From NCBI GenBank assembly GCA_011772475.1, contig WVZK01000185.1:60648-124647 (forward strand): a stretch of DNA of 64,000 nt, read 5' to 3'. Origin of the DNA: Candidatus Aminicenantes bacterium (GTDB lineage: Bacteria > Acidobacteriota > Aminicenantia > Aminicenantales > Aminicenantaceae). Each line of letters starts with the position of its first letter. Position 1 is the first letter of the stretch. Shown here in pieces: positions 56,153-64,000 of this stretch. The translations under genes and the position numbers were made by a program. The notes under the pieces were generated by a model, which ran no database searches, was not told where the DNA came from, and was given only the letters and a program-made list of their open reading frames with translations.

Positions 56153-57348
56153 TATGAAAAAATACTCAGGTACTTATTGAGTCCCTCCTTAAAGACGACG
56201 ATAGCTCGCCTTAAATCTTCCTCCTTGAGCACATAGGCTATTCGTACTTCATCCTTGCCTTTATCAGGCGAACAGTAGAATCCCTGGGCTGGAGCAACCA
56301 TAACCGTTTCTTTTTCAAGATGGAAATCTTGAAGCATCCAGAGAACAAAATGCTCAGCATCTTTTACGGGAAGTTTCACTATAATATAAAAAGCGCCCTG
56401 AGGTTTTTGGATTACGATTCCGGGGATGTCTTTCAATCCTTCATACAAAACATCTCTCCTTCTTTGGTACTCTTCCCTAACTGGCTTGAAATAATCTAAA
56501 CCCATACGGTAAGCAGCAAGAGCAGCTTTCTGTTCCACAGTAGCAGGACAAAGCCTTGCTTGAGCAAACTTTAGGAGCGATTGATACAACTCCTCGTTCC
56601 GTGTAACCACTGCCCCTACCCGCGCTCCACAACAAGAAAAGCGCTTGGAGATACTATCCACCACAATAACTTTGTCCTTTGCTTCTTCGTATTCGAGGAG
56701 GCTCTTGTGTGTTCCGCCGTCATAAACAAACTCTTTGTAAACTTCATCCCCGATCAAAAAGAGATCATGTTTTTTGACGATAGAAATAACTCGTTCCAGT
56801 TCTTCAGGAGTATACACGGTCCCGGTCGGATTATTCGGAGAGCAGAGAAGGATCGCCCTTGTCTTTGGCGTTATCCTGGCTTCTATTTCTTCGGCAGGAG
56901 GAAGACGGAAGCCGTCCTCGACACGCAAAGTCAAGGGAGAAATTTTTACGTTTGCGTAGCTTGCATAACCGTTGTAGTTTGTATAGAAAGGCTCAGGAAT
57001 TATAATCTCATCACCAGGGTCGGCCACAACACAGAAAGAGAAATGAATGGCCTCAGAGCCGCCTAAGGTGATAATCACATTCTCTGCCGAAAGAGGAATT
57101 TCATAAGAGACGAAATAATCAGCAATAGCCTGTCTGAGCTCCAGGAATCCCTGGGCAGGGCCGTAGCTTAGGACCTTCTCGTCAAAGCTATGAAAAGCAT
57201 CCAGCACAGGTTGAGGAGTTGGAATATCGGGTTGTCCGATGTTTATAAAATAAACATGAATTCCCCGCTCTTGCGCCTTATCCGCATAAGGCTTAAGCTT
57301 CCTTATGGGAGAAGGCTGGATTTTTTGACCCCTTCTTGAAATATCCAT
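56152..57348 (-). CDS. Class I pyridoxal-phosphate-dependent aminotransferase (aspartate/aromatic type)
   Basis: NPNNPTG-like CSPNNPTGTVY, and the PLP lysine block DSISKRFSCCGARVG. Confidence 0.9.
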   Translation of the reverse strand: MDISRRGQKIQPSPIRKLKPYADKAQERGIHVYFINIGQPDIPTPQPVLDAFHSFDEKVLSYGPAQGFLELRQAIADYFVSYEIPLSAENVIITLGGSEAIHFSFCVVADPGDEIIIPEPFYTNYNGYASYANVKISPLTLRVEDGFRLPPAEEIEARITPKTRAILLCSPNNPTGTVYTPEELERVISIVKKHDLFLIGDEVYKEFVYDGGTHKSLLEYEEAKDKVIVVDSISKRFSCCGARVGAVVTRNEELYQSLLKFAQARLCPATVEQKAALAAYRMGLDYFKPVREEYQRRRDVLYEGLKDIPGIVIQKPQGAFYIIVKLPVKDAEHFVLWMLQDFHLEKETVMVAPAQGFYCSPDKGKDEVRIAYVLKEEDLRRAIVVFKEGLNKYLSIFS

Positions 57349-57388
57349 CTACCGTTCCTCCCAAAATATGTGAGAAAGGGGAGATTTG

Positions 57389-57446
57389 ATTATCGGCGAA
57401 ACCGAATATGGTTGTCAAAGTTTTTATTGCCTAGGGCGGGAGATTC
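57389..57446 (-). promoter_or_regulatory. Candidate sigma-70 promoter embedded in a duplicated ~50-nt module (copy 1)
   Basis: The minus strand reads GGCAATAAAAACTTTGACAACCATATTC with TTGACA (57418-57413), 18 nt, GATAAT (57394-57389), then a GGGAGG RBS and the start at 57348. The 28-nt core 57404-57431 is identical to 60799-60826. Confidence 0.5.
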
Positions 57447-57617
57447 ACTATAAAACTGAAACTATGACATTGGATTAACTTGAGAAGGCATATAAAAAGA
57501 ATCGCCCTTAAATAGAAAGCAAAAACGGATTGATTTGCGATTTAACTGGCCTGGATTTCTTTGTGATAAAAGCAACAGAAGGGATTTTTATCAGCCGACA
57601 TAAATAAATTCAAAAAA

Positions 57618-60600
57618 TTACTGACTCATCAACCTAGTCAGCCTCTTCTTAGCATCTTCAACCTCTGCAATACCAGAGTCAGCTTCCTTCCAGAGCTCGA
57701 GGAATTTCTCATAATACTCTATGGCCTTGCCTCTCCAGCCTTTCTCTTCATAAATCATGCCTAGCATGAAGAAACTTCGGGCATAGATATCTCCCCAATG
57801 CACCCAGCCTAATTTAAGGGAAGTTATCTTTTCGTACACTTCTCGAGCCTTCTCTAAGTCGCCATCTTTGTAATAAGCCAAAGCTAAAGGCTCCATAAAA
57901 AATGCATGGTCATTTAAGTTACCCATTGAATGTTGAAAAGGTAAAAGAGAAATAGCTTTCTCAAAATACTCAATCGCTTCAGAAAAATTCTCTCTTTCTA
58001 GCTCTTTCACGCCTACCAGATGGTAATAAAGTCTCATGTAATTTTTGTTTAATCCTTTTTGGATCAACTCCTTAAGCTCATCTGATGTTCTTTGAGCTTC
58101 ATCCATTGATTTCATCCCTGTATACGCAAGTCCCTTATAAAGCAAAGCCCATTTTTGGTGGCAATACAGGCATCCTCTTTCCTCAACAGAACTTTTCTCT
58201 GAATTCTTGCTCTCTTCTAAAGCCCTCTCAAGATTTCCTGATTTTAGATATGTATATGCTAAGCGTGAATAAAATCCCGATTCCGACCCTTTTTCTCCAA
58301 GCTTCTTTGACAGTGCAAGTCCTTTTTTAAGCTGGTCCTCGGCTTTCCCAAATTTTCCTTCAGACAAATACAAATGTCCCAACCACGTTCTACTCCATTG
58401 ATGAGATGGTTGTTCTTCTGTCTTCAGGATGTTCTGATATTCTTTTTCTGCCTTAATCAAATCCCCTTTAATCTTGTAAATTAAACCCTTTATCGTGAAA
58501 TTCCCAAAATAGGTTGGATCAAGGAAAATAGCTTTATCGATTTCAACGAGGGAAAGATCATATTTCCCTTGACAAAGATAGGCTAAAGCTAAGTCCCTCC
58601 GAATCACGGCATTATCCGAAAAAGTATCGATGTAGTACTCAAGAATTTCCTTAGCCTTTTCATATAATCCTTTGGCCATATATACAGCTGCTTGACCAGA
58701 ATAAGAGAAAACGGAATCAGCTTTATTCTTAATGTTTATTGCATATCTCTCAGCTGACTTATCCCAAAGTTCAGAACTTAGGTACAAATCTCCTAAGTTA
58801 ATATTTCCGATCTCATCATCCGGATAAAGCTGCAGTAATTTATTATAGGCCTCAAGGGTTTTATCAAAGGCTCTTTCTGTCATTTGGTAGAAATCTCCCT
58901 GAATGAGATAACGCTCTCTATCCGATAGGCGATCTGATAATTCAAAAGCCTTTTGGAGGTAACTCCTGCGCCTATCCCTATATGCCAGAGCATCATAACT
59001 CCAGGCTAAGGATCTGTAAGCCATGGCAAATTCAGGATCAATTGTCAAAGCTTTCTCCAGAAGTGCAATACTCTGCCGATATTCACCCTTGAGGTAAGAC
59101 TTTCTACCCTCGCTATAATATTTGTAAGCTTCAGAAGAAGCTGTTGTTATTTTCCCCACTTCTCTATCAATATCACCTGCTATTTCCTTTGAGGTAAGAT
59201 TTAGAGCCACTTTGATTTCTTTTGTCAGCTCATCTACCTTGGGTGCAATTTCTTCCTCCCCTTTGCACTCGGCTTTGATCGATCTTATGACCTCTCCAGA
59301 ATGTGGCTTTTGAAGCATTGCAGTAATAATGAAATTTTCACCTGCCTTAATATAGCTTCCTCTCAAGATGTGACTGACCCTTCCCTGATTCGCAACTTTT
59401 TTCAGATCCTCTGTAGAAAATTTCTGTGCCTCGAGAAGATTCAGTTTCTTTAAGATGCTATAAATTCTGTCTCCACTTAGAACATTGAGAAACTTTGATT
59501 GAGAAAGGTCGGTTATAAGCAACTCTGAAATGCCGCTCCTCCAGTTATCCAAACTCTTATCGCCTGAATTGTTCTCAAAATACACAATTGCAAGGGAGGG
59601 TTTATCTGAGGGGATTAGGACTGCTCTTTTTTGGGGAAGAAGACGCCAGATAATCACCGCTGCAATTATGAGAGCTATGACAATAAAAGCAGGAATGAAG
59701 AGTTTCTTCACGCTAAATTGCACGGTTATCTCTCTTGATGTCAGAGGCTTTCTTCTAGGAATTTCTCTATCTGTGGTAGGAATACCCTCTTCTATCCTGG
59801 TAAGCTCAGCGTGCATTTCTCTGGCGCTCTGATACCTCTTCTCTTTATCTTTTTCCAAGCACCGCAGAATCATACGGCTTAAGTCATCTGGAATCTGAGC
59901 GTTGAGTTCCTTAGGGCTTTTCGGCGCCTCACCCTTGTGTTTCACGCCTATGGCGAAAGTAGAGTCTCCTTCGAAGGGAACCCTTCCAGTCACCATTTCA
60001 TAAAGAATAACTCCTAACGAATAAATATCCGAACGCTGGTCTGCTTCTTTCCCTTCCACCTGCTCTGGAGACATGTATTCAGGTGTCCCGATCATCACGC
60101 CTATCCCTGTAATTCCCTTGCCCTTAATGGAGCGAGCAATCCCAAAATCCATGATACGGGCATTTCCTTCCTTGTCGATCATGATGTTGCTGGGCTTTAA
60201 ATCCCGATGCACAATTCCTAAACGATGTGCCTCAGTAAGCCCTTCGCATGCCTGCTTGGCTACTGAAACAGCGGTTCCCACGCTCAACTGCTTTGACATT
60301 CTTATCATGCTCTTTAAATCTTCTCCGGGCACGTATTCCATGGTGATGTAGTGAGCTCCTTTCTCTTCACCGAGGTCAAACATCTTGCAGACGTTCCTAT
60401 GGGCAATCTTTCGAGCAAATTTCAGCTCGTTGCTGAATCGTTCTATGGTTTTCTTATCCGAAGAAATTTCAGGTTTTATGAGTTTTAGAGCTACTTCTTC
60501 CTTTATTTTCTTATCTTCTACTCTGTAGACTTTGCCCATTCCCCCCTTTCCCAGCTCTTCGATGATCTCGTATCTTTCAGCAAAGGTTGTACCTCGGGTT

Positions 60601-60740
60601 AATTCATTTTTTGGTGCTTCGAGAGTCTCAGTATGAATACCAGAGATTTCCTCTGAGGGCTTAAGTGAAGTAGCACACTTACCACAATAAATAGTCTCAT
60701 CAGGATTCTCAAAATTGCATTCAGGACATTTAATTCCCAT
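57618..60740 (-). CDS. Transmembrane Ser/Thr protein kinase with an N-terminal zinc ribbon and an extracytoplasmic TPR-rich sensor region
   Basis: CPECNFENPDETIYCGKCA. Kinase motifs GKGGMGKVY, VALK, HRDLKPSN, DFG, TPEYMSPE. One TM helix (IPAFIVIALIIAAVIIW), then about 650 aa with TPR units. Confidence 0.9.
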   Translation of the reverse strand: MGIKCPECNFENPDETIYCGKCATSLKPSEEISGIHTETLEAPKNELTRGTTFAERYEIIEELGKGGMGKVYRVEDKKIKEEVALKLIKPEISSDKKTIERFSNELKFARKIAHRNVCKMFDLGEEKGAHYITMEYVPGEDLKSMIRMSKQLSVGTAVSVAKQACEGLTEAHRLGIVHRDLKPSNIMIDKEGNARIMDFGIARSIKGKGITGIGVMIGTPEYMSPEQVEGKEADQRSDIYSLGVILYEMVTGRVPFEGDSTFAIGVKHKGEAPKSPKELNAQIPDDLSRMILRCLEKDKEKRYQSAREMHAELTRIEEGIPTTDREIPRRKPLTSREITVQFSVKKLFIPAFIVIALIIAAVIIWRLLPQKRAVLIPSDKPSLAIVYFENNSGDKSLDNWRSGISELLITDLSQSKFLNVLSGDRIYSILKKLNLLEAQKFSTEDLKKVANQGRVSHILRGSYIKAGENFIITAMLQKPHSGEVIRSIKAECKGEEEIAPKVDELTKEIKVALNLTSKEIAGDIDREVGKITTASSEAYKYYSEGRKSYLKGEYRQSIALLEKALTIDPEFAMAYRSLAWSYDALAYRDRRRSYLQKAFELSDRLSDRERYLIQGDFYQMTERAFDKTLEAYNKLLQLYPDDEIGNINLGDLYLSSELWDKSAERYAINIKNKADSVFSYSGQAAVYMAKGLYEKAKEILEYYIDTFSDNAVIRRDLALAYLCQGKYDLSLVEIDKAIFLDPTYFGNFTIKGLIYKIKGDLIKAEKEYQNILKTEEQPSHQWSRTWLGHLYLSEGKFGKAEDQLKKGLALSKKLGEKGSESGFYSRLAYTYLKSGNLERALEESKNSEKSSVEERGCLYCHQKWALLYKGLAYTGMKSMDEAQRTSDELKELIQKGLNKNYMRLYYHLVGVKELERENFSEAIEYFEKAISLLPFQHSMGNLNDHAFFMEPLALAYYKDGDLEKAREVYEKITSLKLGWVHWGDIYARSFFMLGMIYEEKGWRGKAIEYYEKFLELWKEADSGIAEVEDAKKRLTRLMSQ

Positions 60741-60792
60741 TTTTCACTTTTTCCTTGCGTTCGAAAAGAATAGCAACTAAAAAGGAAAGAGT

Positions 60793-60841
60793 CAAACGGA
60801 ATATGGTTGTCAAAGTTTTTATTGCCATAGGGAATAGATTC
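60793..60841 (-). promoter_or_regulatory. Second copy of the duplicated promoter-containing module, upstream of the kinase gene
   Basis: The 28-nt core at 60799-60826 is identical to 57404-57431, and the flanks are partly conserved (AAAC.GAATATGG...GCC(A)TAGGG...AGATTC). TTGACA lies at 60813-60808 on the minus strand. Confidence 0.5.
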
Positions 60842-60873
60842 TGATATTTTTGTCTCAATAATCTTAAGCAATT

Positions 60874-61671
60874 ATGATCAAAGATTCGCAAGCGCAAATA
60901 ATCGACAAAAAGAGCTGGAATAACTATTATCTTTTCAAGCTGGAATCTCCCCGCATCGCCACCCAAGCCCATCCTGGCCAGTTTATAATGATCCGCATAT
61001 CTGATCATCCTTATCCTCTCTTGCGCCGTCCGTTCAGCATTCACTCCAAGGATGAAAAAAGTATCGATATTTTCTTTCAAGTATCAGGTTTGGGAACTGA
61101 CATTTTGAGTCAAAAAATAGTCCACGATACGCTCGACATTTTAGGCCCTCTTGGAAAAGGATTTCAGGTGGGAGCCAACCTCAAAGGAAAGGAGGTTGTT
61201 GCTGCGGGAGGAGGAAGAGGAATCGCCCCTCTTTATTTTCTAGCTCAGGAACTCAGTTCCCATGGGGCTTCGGTCAAAGTCTTTTATGGTGGAAAAAGCC
61301 TAAAAGACATCCCTCTTAAAGAAAAATTCGAATCAGAGGGGTTTGATCTGTACTGCTCAACCGATGACGGCTCGTTTGGATTTAAAGGATTCATAAGTGA
61401 TTATCTTAAAGCCGAGCTCGAAAAATTCACGCCATCCCGTATATTCTCCTGCGGGCCCGAAGAGATGATGAAAAAAATCGCTAAGTTTGCCACAGAAAAA
61501 GACATCCCGGCTGATTTCTCTCTGGAATCTATTATGGGCTGCGGTTTCGGGGTCTGCTGGGGATGTGTTAAGAGGATAAGAAAGAACGGTGAAGAAGAAT
61601 GGGTAAAAATCTGTGAAGAAGGCCCTGTTTTTTCTTCCGAGGAGATTATCTGGGCAGAATATGAAAAATGA
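60874..61671 (+). CDS. pyrK: Dihydroorotate dehydrogenase B electron-transfer subunit
   Basis: FAD/NAD fold (RRPFSI), and the C-terminal [2Fe-2S] motif MGCGFGVCWGCV ... C. Confidence 0.9.
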   Translation: MIKDSQAQIIDKKSWNNYYLFKLESPRIATQAHPGQFIMIRISDHPYPLLRRPFSIHSKDEKSIDIFFQVSGLGTDILSQKIVHDTLDILGPLGKGFQVGANLKGKEVVAAGGGRGIAPLYFLAQELSSHGASVKVFYGGKSLKDIPLKEKFESEGFDLYCSTDDGSFGFKGFISDYLKAELEKFTPSRIFSCGPEEMMKKIAKFATEKDIPADFSLESIMGCGFGVCWGCVKRIRKNGEEEWVKICEEGPVFSSEEIIWAEYEK

Positions 61672-62582
61672 CAGACCTTTCGATTGATCTAGGCTTTATC
61701 AAGCTTAAAAATCCTGTTATCGCCTCAAGTGGGACTTTCGGCTATGGCCTTGAGTTTGCTCCTTTCATCGACTTAAACAAACTGGGGGGAATAGTTGTTA
61801 AGGGCCTTTACTTTTCTCCTCGTCCGGGAAATCCTCCTCCCCGCTTGGTTGAAGCAGCGAGCGGACTCATAAACGCAGTAGGGCTTCAAGGTGTTGGTGT
61901 CAAAAAATTCTCAGAGGAAATTCTTCCCGAGCTAAGAAAATACAACACAGCTGTCATCGTCAATGTCTGTGGAGAAAGAGATGAGGAGTATGCCTCTGTT
62001 GTTGAGTTTCTGGATAAGGAAGAAGGTATTTCAGCTTATGAGTTGAATATATCCTGCCCTAATGTAGATAAGGACGGCGTTTGCCCCGCTTTAAATCCTG
62101 AGACCACCTTTTCTGTGGTCAGCCTTGTTAAAAAGAGCTCGTCTCGTCCTATCATAACCAAGCTTTCTCCTAATGTTACTGATATTGCGGAGATCGCTCT
62201 TAGCGCTCAAGAGGCTGGCACAGATGCACTCTCGCTGGTCAACACTTTCCTGGCCATGGCTGTGGACGTGGAGACAAGAAAACCAGTTTTGCCAAATGTC
62301 TTTGGCGGACTCAGCGGCCCAGCCATAAAGCCCCTCGTCCTCAGGATGGTTTATCAGGTGGTGAACCGGGTAAAAATCCCTGTTATCGGCATCGGAGGAG
62401 TCTTATCAGCCAAGGATGCGCTGGAATACTTAATCTCAGGAGCAAAAGCAGTCGAGGTGGGGACGGCTAACTTAATCGACCCCGAGGCCACGGTGAAGAT
62501 CATTGATGGGTTGACCGAGTACTGTCAAAAGAACGGAATAAATAAAATTGAATCAATTATCGGAACGCTAAAAAGATCTTAG
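61668..62582 (+). CDS. pyrD: Dihydroorotate dehydrogenase B catalytic subunit (class 1B)
   Basis: NPVIASSGTFGYG, NISCPNV, GGLSGPAIKP, IGIGGV. 4-nt overlap with pyrK. Confidence 0.9.
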   Translation: MTDLSIDLGFIKLKNPVIASSGTFGYGLEFAPFIDLNKLGGIVVKGLYFSPRPGNPPPRLVEAASGLINAVGLQGVGVKKFSEEILPELRKYNTAVIVNVCGERDEEYASVVEFLDKEEGISAYELNISCPNVDKDGVCPALNPETTFSVVSLVKKSSSRPIITKLSPNVTDIAEIALSAQEAGTDALSLVNTFLAMAVDVETRKPVLPNVFGGLSGPAIKPLVLRMVYQVVNRVKIPVIGIGGVLSAKDALEYLISGAKAVEVGTANLIDPEATVKIIDGLTEYCQKNGINKIESIIGTLKRS

Positions 62583-62727
62583 GGTTTTATTTATCTTGAG
62601 TTGTGTTTGATTTACAAACATATAATTAAATAGTAGGGGTTTGATTCATCAAACCCACCTATTTATATGGTTAAAAATTTGGGCTTGATAAATCAAGCTC
62701 CTACAGCATGTAAAAAAAGGGATAAAC

Positions 62728-63453
62728 ATGAATGAAAAAATGGAATTTGCAAAGAAGATCATCGTTGCCCTTGACGTCGGCTCAAGAGAGGAGGCTCTTC
62801 CGCTTATTAGACAGCTTGAGGGAATCGAAATTTTTAAAGTTGGGCTCAAGCTCTTTACGTCCGAAGGCCCCTCTTTGCTCAAAGAAGTCAAAATCTTGAG
62901 AAAAAAAATTTTCCTGGATTTGAAACTACATGACATTCCTAACACCGTAGCCGAGGCGGTAAAAGTTGCCGTAAAGCACGGCGCTCACATGCTGACTCTT
63001 CATTCTTCTGGAGGACGCGAGATGATGGAGAAAGCCGTTGAGGCCGCTCGAGAAGAAGCAGAAAAAGAAGGAACCGATAGACCTCTCCTTTTAGCCGTGA
63101 CCATCCTAACCAGTCTTAAGGACGACGAGCTCCAAGAAATTGGAATGACTGCCGATACATTCAAACAGGTGCTCAGATTGGCCAAGCTGGCCCAGGAAGC
63201 AGGGGTGGATGGAGTAGTCTGCTCTCCTCAAGAAATTGAAATCATAAGGAAGGAAATCGGCAAAGATCTCCTCGTGGTTGTCCCCGGGATCCGGCCTTCA
63301 TGGGCCGTTGCTCATGATCAGAAAAGAATTATGACTCCCTCTCTTGCCATTCAGAAGGGAGCAGATTATTTAGTCATAGGACGGCCGATAATCGCAGCGC
63401 CTTCGCCTCAAGAGGCCTTTCTTAAAATCTTGGACGAGTTACGCGACTCTTAA
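62728..63453 (+). CDS. pyrF: Orotidine 5'-phosphate decarboxylase
   Basis: IIVALDV, FLDLKLHDIPNT, and GADYLVIGRPI at the C-terminus. Confidence 0.9.
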   Translation: MNEKMEFAKKIIVALDVGSREEALPLIRQLEGIEIFKVGLKLFTSEGPSLLKEVKILRKKIFLDLKLHDIPNTVAEAVKVAVKHGAHMLTLHSSGGREMMEKAVEAAREEAEKEGTDRPLLLAVTILTSLKDDELQEIGMTADTFKQVLRLAKLAQEAGVDGVVCSPQEIEIIRKEIGKDLLVVVPGIRPSWAVAHDQKRIMTPSLAIQKGADYLVIGRPIIAAPSPQEAFLKILDELRDS

Positions 63454-64000
63454 GATCCCCCAAACGGCAAAAAGAGTTCGTAATATTATTTCAACACCAG
63501 CAATCAGAACGATAGCCAAAATGCCGCTAACTATGAAGTATTTAAGAACCTTCTCTTTTTGTGTTTCCATTAAAGACGCCGCAAATCCTGAATAGAGAAT
63601 ATAAATTCCGTAAAGAGCAATTAAATATCGCATGATCCACCCTGCGCGAGGAACAAGATATAATAAGCCACCTATCCAAAAAGGGGTCAGGCTATAAACC
63701 GCCAGTTTCAGTGAATTGAGGCTGCTTTGACGAGACGAGAAGATTGGCGCTAAAACATTAATCATTCTCCCGATAATATAAACAACAACCAAGGAAAAGA
63801 TGTAGACGACAACAGAAAAAAGAAAATTCTTTGCAGCTACGTTCCAACTCCATCCTGAGTACGGCTTCCTAAAACCACCGTACAAAAGATTTGCCAGAAA
63901 TCCAATCACAGGAGGAAGAGCCGCCAAAATCAGGACGTAAGAGAAATAAAGCTGGGAGACTGAAGGAAAAAAATCTTCTTTTATCTTAATCCATTCTTCT
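63439..64000 (-). CDS. Yip1-family multi-pass membrane protein, 5' end beyond the window
   Basis: The reading frame stays open upstream of the listed TTG to the window edge (...EEWIKIKEDFFPSVSQLYFSYVLILAALPPVIG...). Five hydrophobic helices. Converges on and overlaps pyrF by 15 nt. Confidence 0.5.
   Translation of the reverse strand, partial: EEWIKIKEDFFPSVSQLYFSYVLILAALPPVIGFLANLLYGGFRKPYSGWSWNVAAKNFLFSVVVYIFSLVVVYIIGRMINVLAPIFSSRQSSLNSLKLAVYSLTPFWIGGLLYLVPRAGWIMRYLIALYGIYILYSGFAASLMETQKEKVLKYFIVSGILAIVLIAGVEIILRTLFAVWGILRVA

Noticed and set aside
1-64000. Mobile elements, prophage, defence islands, toxin-antitoxin pairs, rRNA and tRNA genes
   Set aside because: No translated ORF shows transposase, integrase, recombinase, reverse transcriptase, Cas, restriction-modification or phage structural motifs. 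No rRNA- or tRNA-like sequences were recognised by eye. A proper tRNAscan/Infernal run would be needed to be certain.

Overview
This is an AT-rich, densely coding bacterial chromosomal segment with about 57 CDS and mostly short or overlapping gene junctions. I cannot assign the taxon from sequence alone. The peptidase-rich, Fe-S/flavin-rich gene content suggests an anaerobic amino-acid or peptide degrader.

Housekeeping genes:
- rpsP-KH-rimM-trmD-rplS-rnhB operon, and ffh
- accBC, ispH-rpsA-IHF/HU, trpS, scpAB
- miaA-hflX, pgsA, pyrK-pyrD-pyrF, ppdK, suhB-like

Peptide and amino-acid catabolism genes: M1, M20 and M50 peptidases, ggt, iadA, proline dehydrogenase, an aminotransferase and an acyl-CoA dehydrogenase.

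I found no rRNA, tRNA, CRISPR array, transposase, integrase or phage genes.

What stands out:
1. A four-gene NuoE / NuoF-GltD fusion / ferredoxin / stand-alone GltB-FMN-domain operon. It looks like a HydABC-type (flavin-based bifurcating) module wired to a glutamate-synthase-like catalytic subunit.
2. A family of GC-rich 13-nt palindromic intergenic repeats with core GGGGMCWGKCCCC. It includes a 78-nt composite element present in three copies.
3. rimM is broken by a +1 frameshift in a T9 homopolymer inside an otherwise intact ribosomal operon.
4. A perfect sigma-54 promoter lies upstream of the M1 peptidase gene.
5. A roughly 50-nt promoter-containing module is duplicated upstream of a Ser/Thr kinase gene and an aminotransferase-rhodanese-MauE operon.
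6. A ggt / secreted protein / orphan DctM-like permease / 47-aa membrane ORF / M14-AstE-like hydrolase cluster.

All calls rest on motif reading of the supplied translations and manual inspection of the DNA. No database search or folding calculation was possible.
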